Source of the DNA: the human T2T-CHM13v2.0 reference genome, Homo sapiens
Assembly (NCBI RefSeq): GCF_009914755.1
Contig: NC_060944.1
Strand: one strand, 5' to 3'
Length of the DNA stretch: 64,000 bases
Of this stretch, positions 12,398 through 26,755 are shown piece by piece (within the stretch, counting starts at the first letter, position 1; each line of letters begins with the position of its first letter). The notes beneath the pieces are model-generated. The model worked only from the letters and a program-made list of their open reading frames with translations, did not search any database and was not told where the DNA came from. Position numbers and translations under genes: made by a program.

Positions 12398-15070
12398 GTG
12401 AGACAAGGAGCTCACTGGCTGAGACGCTTCTCAGTGAAGCTACTAGGATAGCTCACCTGCATCATCGCAGCCCCAACTTCCTTTTTGAAAGACAGATGAT
12501 AAAAATAATGACCCATATTTTAATATTGATTTACCAAGAGATGATTTATACCTTTCTTCCCCAGAGGTCTTAAATGTCTGCATGTTTATAAAGCATTATT
12601 CCATATCACCTTCTTTGATTCTCAAAGACACTGTGATAGTGGTATTATACTCATCTTTCTCACTAGTTTGCATGAGGATTAACTAATAAAGAGGATTGCA
12701 AAGTGCCTCATTGAAGAAATGCTTAATTACTTGATGACTTAACTGCTGGGAAGGCCTATTCTCCTACTCTCTTTGCTTTCATTAGAACAAGCTTTGGGCT
12801 TTTAATTATCAGGATATTCATTTTAAGAATTAGAGAAGGTGATAGCACCTTGTAAATTTGACTCTGAGATGGCAAGATACCTCTGGATACTCAGTTATTA
12901 TTTTTGTAATTGCTAAACAAAAGAAACCAAATAAAAACAAAGGGCAATGGTCCCTCATTAGCTCAGCCTAAAATTCTCATATCCAAGTGGGAGGTTAAGA
13001 GTAGTCCCTGATTTTTTTTTTTTTTTAATGTAGAGACTTTCTGTAGGAAAAAAAAAATAGACTTGTGACTGAAAGAGACTGCTCAAAATGAACTACCCAT
13101 GATTTAACAAGAACCCTGGTAGAAAAGAACAGAAAACTGGCCAGAGAGAAACTTAAGTGTTTTCCTGAATGTATGAAACGTGTGTCTCAACAACTACTAT
13201 TTGACATTGTGAAGGAAGTGCTTAGGAAACAGATCAGTGGTGACTCCAAAGAGGAAAACCAAACCCTCTGACAGTCCGCCAGCTGGGCACTGGCCAGCAG
13301 TGTGCCTTTCCCAGCATTGCTGGCTCTGTGTCCTGAGAGGACACCTGCCTGTCCCCAGGGACTCAGGCAAAATGGCCTCACCTAGGTGCGAATACAGCTG
13401 TCAGGGCAACCAAGTCCTTTTTGAATAACATGGTGGTGCCAAGGATAGGAAAGCTAACATGAATTTAACACATGGAGTGGGGTCACTTTATCCCTTCTAT
13501 AGACAGTGCTTCTCCCATATTATTATGTTTTGCATGAGGAATGATGAGTAGAGAAAGGCTTTAATCTTATTGAAGCCTTACTTAGCAGTTGCTCTAATTC
13601 CCTTCTGATCTAAATAGCAGTCATTCTACATACTGTTTGACTACAAAGCCCTTTCATAAAATCTTATTCATTTTATTCTTAATGCCTGGGGCAGGGCAGA
13701 TATCTGTTTTACTGAGGTGGATAATGGGTGAGGGGCCCAGGGATGGCTAAATAACATCCCAAGAATTATCCAATTTAGCTATCCATCCTGTCCCATTCTT
13801 ACCCACATTTTACAAACATGGGAAGCTTACACTGCTAGAAATGGGGCAAACAGACTGGATTTGGATTTGACATTCTTTCCACTGCTTAGGGTGCCAGGGC
13901 TAATGAAAAATGATCAGCCAAAAGGCAGGCTGCAGGGGAGGACAGGATGGCAGGGATCCATACCGCTGAATAAGAAGCCCTTGGCTTCACTGTGCACCAC
14001 TAGCAGTTCTCAAATAGGAAATTCCCTACCAATAATTCTCAATTACTAGCACAACCGGAAGAAAGAAGAGCGCATAGGAAAGCCGATAATTCCCACGTTA
14101 TTTGGCTCTAGAAACGCAGCCAGGAATGAAAAGCTCACATGCTTGACCACCAAGAATGACTCACTGCGAGGCCCACTCTTTCACCAAAAAACAGGGTCAG
14201 ATAGGGCTGGGTTCAAATTCTGGCTCCACCATTGACGAGCTCCGCAAGCTGGTTGGCCAAATGACATAACCTCTCTGCGCTGTGGCTTCCTGATGCATAC
14301 ACAGTGGATAGTTCTAGGGCTTATCTCGTTGAGTGGTTGTGTGATGTAAATGACAGAAACGCATAGCCCACTTAACCCAATGCCTGGCTATTATTATCGT
14401 TATTGATACTGAATACATCTTTCTCACTCTGTGACACCCTGATGTCATCTTCTGCCTTAATTACTCACTGTCTAAGAGATTTACTCAATACCACCTTGCA
14501 GTGCTGGCTGTTTTTCTAAGTGAATATGACTCATCGCCTCAAGTCAAGTGTAGTCTTGGGGGACTGGAGATTCACTCTCTTTGGCCTTTCTAGAGTATCC
14601 AGCACTGGGTCATGTACACAGTAGGTGCTTCATAAGACTTTTCTGGATTAATACCACCTTGGTATCCAGCTCTGGTCTCTTTTCACTTTCTCCTTGTTCC
14701 TGAGAGCTTGAGAACCAGTGGAAATTTTAATGGAAAGAAAGGCCCAGAGGTGAAGGAAAATGGAGACAGGGCCTACTGGAAAAAGCATGTGCTGCAAAAA
14801 GCAGGAACTTACTAGTTGAATTGGCCTAGACTAGATCTCTTCTACTCACCAGTTATGTCCTTGGCATAAATGGAGAAAATAACTTCTATCTCATAAGGTT
14901 CATATTAGGGTAAGTAATATGTATTGGCACAAGGGATGGATTTGGCAAATGTTAAGTCCTCTCCTTCCTTCCTCTACATTGATGACATCAATGAAATTCA
15001 AAACATTTACACATTCTGTCTTCTCACACAGCTGTCATTACTAGGTTTGAATTATTACCAGCAAAATTAC

Positions 15071-15243
15071 CTTTGTGATGCCTAAGCCGTGTTCATACAT
15101 ATAAGCCAGATTGAACATGGCTTGCGCGTTGTGGTATTTGTTGGCTGCAATGCTGTAGTGTGTGGCTGCTGTTTGATAGTCTTTCTTAGTCCCATAGCCA
15201 TAGTAATGGTAATCTCCAATTTTTACTCTAGCAAATGCATTGC
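15071..15243 (-). CDS. SEL1L2: SEL1L2 exon: (G)NAFARVKIGDYHYYGYGTKKDYQTAATHYSIAANKYHNAQAMFNLAYMYEHGLGITK
   Basis: 173 nt, phase 1-0; lies within ORF 15041..15274(-); acceptor tttctatcag; donor AAG|GTAATT. Confidence 0.97.
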
Positions 15244-15481
15244 CTGATAGAAATATTAGAGAAAAAAGAATCATAACTCAAATGATTCATGTATAGTTCT
15301 CAGGAATTCAACCTAGTAATCTTGTTTCAGTCCTTTAAAATATATATGTATCTATAGCCAAGTATAAAAAGGAACCAAAAACACTCAGAACCCCAGAACT
15401 GGAATTAGATATACTTTATGGAATACAAATATAACACTCAATGCTAACTGTTTTCATTATAGCGTAACATCCATGGTATAG

Positions 15482-15852
<371 letters not shown>

Positions 15853-15879
15853 TAATTTTTTTAAGTAGATTAACTCTTG

Positions 15880-17960
15880 GGAAGTTGGACCCCATCCCTC
15901 CCATTCTCAGACGTCACTCCTGAAGCTCTGCTCTCCTGCGTCAACAGTGTCGCCCTCTTTCCCAGATCAATCCTGTCCGCCATTCAAACACGCTCTGGCA
16001 TCTTCTATGAACAAAAATAAACCCTCTCTTTATCCTGTGGTGTCTCCTTCTAGCTCATGCCCCATTTCTCTGTTCCCCTTTACACTGAACCTTTTCAAAA
16101 GTGTGTTCTATACTCACTGTCTCCAAAGCTTCACCTCCCATGGACTCTTCAACCCACTCCAAACTGGCTTCTGCCCCCTTGCCCGTGAAGCTGCTATTTT
16201 GAAGGTGGTAGATGACCTCCATGCAGCCAAATCCATTGCCACATCTCTGGCCTCATCTTACCCGACGTCTGAGCAGCACTGGAGTGATGGGCCCCATCTG
16301 CCCAAGCACTGTCCTGTCGCAGCATTGATGGCACTGCCTTCTCTTGGTTTCCCTTCTACTGCATGGGCTCTTTATTTCAAACTCTTGTCTGACTCCTCTG
16401 CCCACTTCCTAAATGTGGAATGTCAACGGCTCGCTCCCAACTCCTTTTTTTCTCTTTCTTCTTTTCCCTCTTTTCTCTTCTCTCACCTCTCCTCCCCGCC
16501 TCTCTCCAACAATCTGCTCCATCTCAACTCTTTCTCTGGGTGACCTTGTTTCGTTCCATTGCCTGTCTTTATTAACTATTTCTAAATTTATATCTACTAT
16601 CTCTCTCTCCCTGAGGCCCAGGCTCTTATAATTGCCTCTTGATGTCTCCACTTGGATTTCAAACTTAAAATGCCCAACAGAGATTTCCTAGCACCCTACA
16701 CCCGTTCCTCCAAACAAAATCATCAGTTTCTTCCCTGTCTCAGTACAGCACCCCCATTGTTCAGGCCATAAGTCTAGGGGAATTATTCCTAGTTCTTTTT
16801 CCCTCGCCTCCATCAGCCAATTCATCAAGTCCTGTTGGTTCTGCCTCTAAAACACGCTTAACTCCTGATATCTCCTCCACTGCCTATTCCAGCCTACAAT
16901 ACTACAATAGGCTTCAAACCCTTCTTTTATCTTCACTTTCCAACCCGTTCTTCACACAACAGCCAGGATGATCTTTTTTTTTATTTTTATTTATTTATTT
17001 TTGAGACAGGGCCTGGATTTGTCGCCTAGGCTGTAGTGCAATGGCATGATCTCAGCTCACTGCAACCTCAGCCTCCCAAGCTCAAGCGATCATCCTACCC
17101 CAGTCTCCTGAGTAGCTAGGACTACAGGCATGCACCAACATGCCCGTATTCACCATATTGCTCTGGCTTGTCTCGAAATCCTGGGCTCAAGCGATCCTCC
17201 CAATTCAGCCTCCCAAAGTGCTGGGATTACAGGTGTGACGCACCCAGCCAGCATGATATATATATATGTATAATATATGTATATGTTATATATAGTATAT
17301 ATGTAACAGTTTTATTGAGATACAATTCACATACCATCCAATTTACCCATTTAAAGGGTACAGTCAAATGGTTTTTCATATATTCACAGAGATGTACAAG
17401 CATTACCACAATTTTAGAATATTTTAATCGCTCTGAAGAGAAACCTCATATTGTTTAGCTAGAGGATGATCTTTTTAAAATGTAAAATCAAGTTATGTTA
17501 TTTCCTTGTGTAAAATCCTCCAATGACTTTGCTTTGCCCTTGGAATAATAGTCAGACTCCTTACGACCTACAAGTTATGCCTCACCTGCCCTCTGCACAA
17601 GATCCCTGCATTCGATTCCTCAAGGCCCTCTACCTGGCAGGTTTGGAACACTCTGACTCTTCCCGTGGCTGGCTTCTCGTCATTCTCAGAAGCGCCAATG
17701 CCACTTCTCTCCTAGAGGCCGTCTCCGACTACCTTGTCTAAAGTGCTCCTCAGCCCCCACCCCAGAAGTTATCTACCTCATCTCCATGTTTTATTTCCTT
17801 CACAGCATGTCACTGTCATCTGATTTGCTTACTAGTTTATTTTCTCTCTTCCATATGAGGGCAGGTACTTCATGAGGACAAGCACCTTGAACTCTTAATC
17901 ACTGACACAATCCCAGAACCCGGAATGGTACTTGATAAATACATATAGAATGAATGGATG
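15880..17960 (+). mobile_element. LINE-2 remnant (ORF2 RT region to 3' end), interrupted by an Alu and an L1 3' fragment (about 16975-17460)
   Basis: ORF 15947..16543 contains PISLFPF...LFNPLQTGFCP...ILKVVDDL, resembling L2/CR1 RT motifs (RPISLLP...LxPxQSGFRP...ALLKVTND); L2-like 3' end gaatgaatgga; aggatgatcttttt duplicated around the nested insert. Confidence 0.8.
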
Positions 17961-18479
17961 GACATGCAAGGAAACTTTTTAGATAATGCTTTCCCTAGAT
18001 ATCAAGTACTTTAGAATATGACTGTCCAACAAACATGAATATGTCAAGTAGAAAAAACTCATGTGACTTTTTAAGATCTGAGACTTCAGTCTTTGAAGTC
18101 CACTTAGGGATGACCCTTAAGGGTCCCCTTGGGGTCTATGTTCCCATCCACAAAGAGAGTGTTGATTGGAAAGATGAAGGAACACTCATCTAGGACATCC
18201 ATCTCAGCTGTGGCCAGCCCTTCTAGCATGGTCTCGGCTTACTCAGAAAAAGAGGAAGTGCCCTGTATGAGCTCAGGTCTAGCATTAAGTGATATAGGAC
18301 TCCTTCCAAAATTTTCTCATTTGGCCCTAATGTAGTGCATAACATCCTTTGGAATTTATTCCTTTAGGTACCGAAGTTCTAATCTTCTAGAATCTTCTAT
18401 TAAAATGTAGACACTTCAAAAAGATGTAATACCATGAGCCTTCTTTAAGTCTCTCTGAGTACAGCTAACACTATAAAAT

Positions 18480-18805
18480 TTTTATTATTATTATTTATTA
18501 TTATTATTATTTTTGAGACAGAATCTCACTCTGTTGCCCAGGCTGGAGTGCAGTGATGTGATCACGGCTCACTGCAGCCTCAATCTCCCGGGCTCAAGAG
18601 ATCCTCCTGCCTCAGCCCCTTGAGTAGCTAGAACTACAGGTGCACACCACCACACCCAACTAATTTTTTTTATCTTTTATTTTTTTGTAGAGATGAGGTC
18701 TCACTATGTTGCCCAGCCTGGTCTTGAACTATTGGTCTCAAGCAATTCTCCCACCTCGGTCTCCCAAAGTGCTAGGATTACAGGCATGAACCACTGCACC
18801 TGGTC
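18480..18805 (-). mobile_element. AluJ
   Basis: Reverse Alu with (TTA)n tail; TSD ctataaaatt. Confidence 0.85.
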
Positions 18806-19494
18806 TATAAAATTCTTAGCTGGCAAAGACATTAGTTATCAGGGCTTGCTTTCCAGATGCTTCCAAATGTACAGGTCAGTAACTGGGAGCAAGAACTTAT
18901 AAGAATGGTGCCCAGAAAAGAGGCCCAAGGGAGTCTGAAGAAGCAGGAGGTCCAATGGAGCTCTAAAGAGAAACCTATTCCATCTCTAATTTTGCCCAAA
19001 GCTGCCTTCCTTTGACCCTAAGATTCCTCCTGGGCTATAACCACAAAGAGATAGGACAATTCTGTGCATTGTCAAGTTGTACAGGCAGTAAGCAGGATCC
19101 CTGAAGCCTCTAAGAATGGAAGGCAGTGAACAAGCTGGTTCTTGGGGGAATTCAGCTCCACCCTAATAAGGGGGCTGACTGGCAGCATGTGGTGAGCCAG
19201 ACAGGCTCCTGTGGGGATCAACTGACAGTGGAGGGATTTCCACTTCGATTTCACAGTCACAGGGCAGTGACTGAGTCCTGATGGTTCAGCACCCTCTTTA
19301 CATGAGTAACTGCTAAAAGGAGTATGGCCAGTGACTAATTGGAAAATTTCATTATTAGATTCCCTAGTCCCAAGTGAGCCACTCAGTAGCCATATCTTCA
19401 GGGACACTTATACCTGACCTCTCTTAGGACACATGATTATTTTTAGCAGCCTGACTTTTTTATATTGAGGAATTCAGTTTAATATCAATGTACT

Positions 19495-19800
19495 AGCTGG
19501 GCGATGGTATAGGCTGATGCCTGTAATCCAAGCACTTTGGGAAGCCGAGGCAGGCAGATCACGAGGTCAAGAGATCAAGACTATCCTGGTCCACATGGTG
19601 AAATCCCGTCTCTACTAAAAATACAAAAATTACCTGGGTGTGGTGGCGCATGCCTGTAGTCCCAGCTACTTGGTAGGCTGAGGCAGGAGAATCACTTGAA
19701 CCCAGGAGGCGGAGGTTGCAGTGAGCCTAGATTGTGCCACTGCACCCCAGCCTGGAGACAGAGCAAGACTCCATCTCAAAAAAAAAAAAAAAGAAAAAGA
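19495..19800 (+). mobile_element. AluS
   Basis: Alu body and A tail. Confidence 0.88.
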
Positions 19801-20975
19801 TAAAGAAAAAAATATATATGTATATATCTCAATGTACCCTTGTTTTCAATGTCTCTTTTCCTTGCTGCAATTTCCACACCATTTCCTGGCTTGGAATAAA
19901 CCCACATTTGTTGTAATTGAGCTGACTGGCCATGGCTGAGAGATTGCGGGTATTGTTTCCCCACTCTAAATAAGGTCTTCATTGCATTTTATAAAACATA
20001 GACTTTTTAAGGGGAATGTCTCACTAAAATTGCATTGATGGCTGTTGCTGTGCTACCGGCTCAGCTGGATATGAGAAAGCACCACTGTGACTTTTTCCTA
20101 TGCTTCATATTAGTGTCAGCTGAGAATCATTTTTTATCCTATTCACTTCCTGTGAAAAGGGATGATTTGGCCTTAGCATAAGACAATTTTAAGAAACCTA
20201 ATTGGAAGCAAAATTGCTCTCTTATTGCAAGAGAGTTTTCACATATCCAAATGCCAATGGTGACAGCTTTGCAGTATTTCTCTGCTTTTAATAATATAAT
20301 TTTAGGGGAAAAATAGTAAGAGACATCGCAATGCAATGAAAATACCACCTGCCAATGCTTTTCCCACCACTGGTATCTTATATTCCTTATCCATGTGATG
20401 CCAGCAAGCGAGACATGGAAACTCGAGGAAAAGCGAGAGGATCCTGCCATGTATCTGTTTTGTTTTGGTTTGGTTTTTTATTCTTACATGCTAATGATTG
20501 TAGTAAAGATCTGAAGTTTATGGTAGTCATCAATGTGATATTTTAATAGAGAAATCACATGAGCCTTAGATACATACATAACTAATTTTGCTTGTAAACT
20601 CATTGAGACATGGGTCATGTCTCTGATTAGTTCAGTCAAGATCTCAGCAATGAATGAGTGAAGCCAGACCAAGAAAACTGGTTTTTTGAGTAAAATTGTA
20701 TATTTCAAAGAACTGTTCTGGTGTCACGGAGACAGAGCCATAGAAAAATTCCTATGGCTTGCTGAATCAGGGACCTTGATAATAATGGGGAAAATAAATT
20801 CCTGGAAATGATCTCTCACCAAAGACTGACCCTAACATCAGTATAGTTTGAAATGTCACCTACTTGATATTCTACCCTTTGCTGCCTATGTGCACAAACA
20901 CGCAGCTACAGCAAACGTGATGAATAACAGAGGACAGGGACCGGGTATGTGCTTATTTTTATCTGGGTTCCATAC

Positions 20976-21050
20976 CTTGAATGGCAGCTCGATTCCATAG
21001 GAGAAGCGCCATTGGATACATCTTCTCTTTTTCAAGAATGTTAGCCTTTT
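20976..21050 (-). CDS. SEL1L2: SEL1L2 exon: (K)KANILEKEKMYPMALLLWNRAAIQ(G)
   Basis: 75 nt, phase 1-1; preceded by a 107-nt intron; acceptor ctttttag; donor GTATGG. Confidence 0.95.
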
Positions 21051-21146
21051 CTAAAAAGAGGAGACATTCCATTAGGAAGGCTTAAAATGCCTCTGTAGTA
21101 AAGTCATACATGCATATGTATGATTGGGGGATTGCAGAGAATTTTA

Positions 21147-21395
<249 letters not shown>

Positions 21396-21630
21396 TCAGT
21401 CTTCAGCTCCTACCAGCTGGTCAGGGAAGGATTTTAGGTCTAAAACATGGCTTTTGCAAATTATTTAGGGTAAAGAGTTAATACCTTTTATAGGCACAAA
21501 GATCAGAAGTGTTTGGGTTTGTTTTGTTTTGTTTTTGTCTTGAGGGAAACTTCCTCAGCCTTATTTTAAATTTGTATAATAAACTTTCCTGACTTGGAGG
21601 CTATTTGGAAGAATAAGAATGTATCGCTAG

Positions 21631-21635
21631 TGTGT

Positions 21636-21669
<34 letters not shown>
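21631..21669. repeat. (TG)n microsatellite
   Basis: tgtgtg run. Confidence 0.95.
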
Positions 21670-22488
21670 TCTTAAAGGGACTTTCTGAGCACTGCTGCTC
21701 TGCGAGGGCAAGTTATAAGGCCACAGCTGATGTGAAAAGGAGAGAATGAAGGAAAGACAGTGCCGGAGGGTGTAGGTGACATAACTGTGAGAGAGGTGTG
21801 CAGAGCCCTAGGGGGACAAATGTCAACTTAGCTGAATAGCCCTTATGTAACCAAAAGAGGTTAGCCATACATAATTCATTAGGAAGTTGGCAAAGGAGCA
21901 AATCTAAAGATAGATCATTAGCTGGCAGCTTTTGAAATAAGCTTCAGAGGGGCCAGATTGCAACATAGAGTATTTATGCTGGTGTAGCAGACGTGTTTAA
22001 TAAATCAATGAAGGACATTAAGGTCCTAAAAGCATTCTTTTGGAAAGCGCATCACTGGCTCAGGCTGAAAGAATTCACTTTCTCAATTGTCATCCAAATC
22101 ATCAAAAACCTAAGGATGCTGCTTTCTGGGAAGAAGTGGGCTACATTTTCTAGGCTAAATCTAGCCTTTTGGTTCCCAAGTAGCAACTCCCAATCCCACT
22201 AGAAGTGCCAAATTGCCCTGGTGATTTGATTGAATGCTGAAACAGAGCTCCTTAACTGCATGTTGAGGTGAGCTCTGAACCTGATGAAAAGCCAAATGTC
22301 AGAGAGAGGAGAGATCTTTTCTCTGTCTCCCTTCCCCAACCTGAGTTACATCACTGCTTTTCCCCTCTGACAAATGTCAGTATTCACATTGTCAACTGGA
22401 AGAAAAGAGGTAATATTTATAAAATCAAAGACACCAACAATTTAAGAACAGTATCACCTCCTCTGTGTCATATATGACAAGTGCTTTA

Positions 22489-22668
<180 letters not shown>

Positions 22669-24417
22669 TTAAAATTGTTTTGAGCCACCCCTTATTGACT
22701 TTATTTTTTATATTATAATCTATGGATATAATAGTCATAGTGATGCCTGCTATTTAAATAGAATGGGAAAAGCCAACCAAAAGTCAAGCTACTCTAAATC
22801 CACTATTTGTGAAGGTGGGGGTGAACACTGAGTTTGGTTCTAAGTAAGAATATGGAAATTTATATTCTTGAGCCATTCTGAAAAAAAAATTGAGAAAGAA
22901 GGACTACTTCGTCTTATGAAAGTATCTCCTCACTATGGCATAACTAAAATTAATGCAAAGGAGACCAAGTGATGGTCTCTGAGGACCCGAAGCGCCACCA
23001 TGATTTATCTCGCCATCTTTGTGATCCTTCCATATCAGGACACCCATATAGCTTCTCCCAGCCATGACTATGGCGTATGCAGCAGGTAAATCCCAGCTCC
23101 AAGAAGCCGAACTCTCACCAAACTCCTGCTTAGAGCAAGAATAGGCACTTGAAGCTAGAGCAGAGAACCAGCAGACTCCCAGCAGCCAAGATTCTTGTCC
23201 TGGCTCTCTCATTAGTTCTTTTGTGACTTGGGCCATTTAGGCACTTTATTTGCAAAAGTGAAGGCTTTCCTTAGATGGTCTTTAAGTTATCTTCCAGCTC
23301 TAACACTGGAGCCTTTAGAAGCAGTGCCATGTAGCGATTAAGAGCAAAAGCTCTGGAGGCAAATTGCTTGAATTTGAATTCCAGCTCCACAACTGTGTGA
23401 TCCTGGGCAAGATGTCCAACCACAACATTGGCTTAGTTTGCTCATCACAGTGGATACACTGTGGGATACCCGGTAGATGTTGAGAGGGTCAAATGAGTTG
23501 AGAGGGTCAAATGAGTTAAAACATACGAAATGAGTTAAAACACACGAAGACTTAATATACATTAGCCATGACTATTTTTCTTATTCTAGAAACTTGGGAA
23601 ATCTGGTAGATCCCAAGCCAAGGACTTGGAATGAACTAGAAGAACAAGGCCATCTTAGGCAACCTCAACCCCCCAAGATAGTACAAAACAGGTGCTCCTG
23701 CTGGGCCACCGTGGAAAATGCCAGTGACCCCTTGACCGGATGTGACCTCCTTGATGATGTGGTCTGCTGCTGCCCTGGCTCCTCCTCTGACATGAAGGAC
23801 TTGGTGGGGATACTCAGGTATGTTCATATCTCCTGGTATTTGTCTTGGCCACTTCCTCTCTCACTCCCCACAGAGATTGTTACAAACTTTCATGGCTTTC
23901 TAAGACCTCCTAGCCAACCACTCTACCTTTGCTCACAGAAGTCAACTTTGTACCTACTAGATCATTGAAGAAAACTTCATATTGTCTTTCCTCACTCACC
24001 TCTCTCCCCATCCCATTCCCCCATACTTAGATTCGCATCATCCTTTCCACCCTCTCTCCAGTCTTTGAGGGTAAGCAATCCTGTCTATCTATCACGGTTA
24101 AAGAGGCTTCCACTGATCTGTGCCTAATCAGGTGCTAATACCACCAATGTTTTTCAGAATCTCTTTCCATCAATTATAATTATGCTCAGGTCTCTTCATC
24201 TTAAAAGTAACTCCCTCTGGGTCCTAGTCCCCCTGATGCTGAGTTCCTTCTCTTTCCTTCCCTTTAAGGGCATGCTGCTTGCAAGAATACTTTTATTTCT
24301 CAACTTCCTGATCTTCCGTTCATGCCGTTGGCATGCGGCTTCCACCCCAAGCAGTCCAATGACCTCACCCACAGTCTCTGTATTGCCAAGTCTCATACAT
24401 ATTTCATTCTTTCTTAC

Positions 24418-24708
24418 TTTTTTTTTTTTTTTTTGAGATGGAGTCTCACTCTGTTGCCCATGTTGGAATGCAGTGGCGTGATCTAGGCTCACTGCAACCT
24501 CCACCTCCTGGGTTCAAGCAATTTGATTCTGCCTCAGCCTCCCGAGTAGCTGGGACTACAGGCAGCCGCCACCATGCCAGGCTAATTTTTGTATTTTTAG
24601 TAGACACGGGGTTTCACCATATTGGCCAGGCTGGTCTCGAATTCGTGATCCGCCCGCCTCGGCCTCCCAAAGTGCTAGGATTACAGGCGTGAGCCACCAC
24701 GCCCGGCC
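24418..24708 (-). mobile_element. AluS within an L2 remnant
   Basis: Reverse Alu body; TSD-like tcttactt. Confidence 0.88.
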
Positions 24709-25284
24709 TCTTACTTGTTTTTTAAACCAGGTTTCTCACTGCATTTCACAGGGGTGCCCATTCATTTACTCTTCCTTGAAAGTTCTTCCCTTGGCTCCAT
24801 TAAGATCTTTTTTTTTTTTTGTTCCCTATTCCGCTGAGCTTGGCTTTCCATTCTTCTCAGTGATGTGCTTCCCCTGCCTACCCTTCAATACAGCACGGAG
24901 GATCACTAGTTATCTACCATGGCCCACTGCTCTTTCCTCTCACCCTCTTGCTCCTTTCCTTTTGCAACCTCAACTACTCTTAACTAATAGCTGCGTGCTG
25001 ATGCCTCTCGAACCTTCTCTGTAAGTTTGACCTTTCTCGTGAGTGTCGTACTTGCTTCTGGGGATGTGCACGGGATATCGCTAGCACCTCCAACTTAACC
25101 TTGTCAAAGATAAGCTTCCTGACTCTGCACCTCCTTGTCCCCCCTCCCAACCAGTGTCCTTTTCTTTAGGCTTTTTCAAATTCTTATTTAATTTGTTGCC
25201 TAAATGTTCTGTCTAAACCACTCACACCAAACCTTTGATGTTTGTTATAAAAGAAGCAGACTTAATAATGCATATGTCATTCTA

Positions 25285-25419
<135 letters not shown>

Positions 25420-25951
25420 CTATTACTCAAAGGCACAAGTAAAACTCCATGGAAACAATTGCCTTCCACTTCTTAAAAAGAGTATAGACAGTGCCCTATG
25501 TGATTTAGGGTAATTAAAATAGTATCAGAAACATTATATATTTTATTTCATTATTATATTAGACTCTATTAGGAAATAATGCCTCATTTTCATCATAATT
25601 ATGTCTTTTTCTACATTGACAGTAAGTTTTGTTAGATATTGGGGGAAGGTCACTCAAAAGACTATGAAGATAAATTTCTCCATCAATAAAGTCCTCAGAG
25701 GATAGATGATTTCTAAGGTTACTTAGAATCTATGATTCTAAGCTATAATTAGAATTACTATTCTTGTCACAAGCTTGTTCTTCAGTGTCTCTTTGGCAGA
25801 GATTTCACTGGATTATTTTATTCTCTATTATCTGATATCACAGTTTGGCAAACCAGATAATAGAGATAAATTCCTTTAAACTAATGAATGACCATGAATT
25901 TTACCCTGTAAATTGCTACAAATAAAAAGATAATAAAATAATTTAACTTAC

Positions 25952-26014
25952 CAGGGGAACTCCTTTTCCATGAAAGTAAAGAAGACCAAGCCCATGAAGG
26001 CCGATTGCATTGCC
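25952..26014 (-). CDS. SEL1L2: SEL1L2 exon: GNAIGLHGLGLLYFHGKGVPL
   Basis: 63 nt, phase 0-0; acceptor ctcttctag; donor GTAAGT. Confidence 0.95.
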
Positions 26015-26451
26015 CTAGAAGAGTTTTATAAAGCCAAGTAAAGTCCCAGAAGAATTCATGATAAGGAAAATTACTGCAAAATTTTTCAAAATATTTGACA
26101 TGCACCCAGTAAGAGATTAATCAAGGCAGTTGGCAGGTTATTCTGACCCACTCTAGTTCCTCCTTTTATACTTTCATAAACCTTCTGGCTAGAAAAGGGA
26201 AGAGGGAAACAAAAGTCAAACCTTTCCTCCATTCTTGTATTCAACACTTATTTAGGACTTGTTTTGTGTATGATTCCATAGTAGGCACTGGGCAGAGGTA
26301 GCAGGTGAAAGGTAAAAGATGAAGAAGCCATGATCCCTGCCTTGAAGAGTTCACACGCTAGGGGGCTCTGAGCCATATCAAAGGGGAGGGGCAGGTCAGA
26401 CCTCTTAGAGTCCTGTCAAATGTGGTAAGTCCTAAAGTTGAAATAGATTGA

Positions 26452-26755
26452 GGCCGGGCATGGTGGCCCATGCCTGTAATCCCAGCACTTAGGGAGGCCA
26501 AGGTGGGCAGATCACCTGAGGTCAGGAGTTCGAGACCATCCTGGCCAACATGGTGAAACCCTGTCTCTACTAAAAATGTAAAAATTAGCTGGGTGTGGTG
26601 GCACACACCTGTAATCCCAGCTACTTGGGAAGCTGAGGCAGGAGAATTGCTTGAACCCATGGAGTGGAGGTTGCAGTGAGCCGAGATTGCGCCACTTCAC
26701 TCCAGCCTGGGCGAAAGATCAAAACTCCATCTCAAAAAAAAAAAAAAAAAAAAAA
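26452..26755 (+). mobile_element. AluS
   Basis: Alu body; TSD gaaatagattga. Confidence 0.92.

Noticed and set aside
15041-15070. In-frame intron read-through giving an alternative hydrophobic C-terminus (VILLVIIQT*)
   Set aside because: Too short for a membrane anchor, the donor is good, and I saw no nearby intronic poly(A) signal.
22961-22979. Opposed BsaI sites (GAGACC...GGTCTC) next to a Kozak sequence, suggesting engineered DNA
   Set aside because: No vector, tag, promoter or marker sequence nearby; both hexamers are common in human DNA.
23594-23968. 124-aa plus ORF and 63-aa minus ORF in a GC-richer patch (possible processed pseudogene)
   Set aside because: I could not recognise any frame as a known protein and saw no poly-A tail or TSD; a BLASTX search would settle it.
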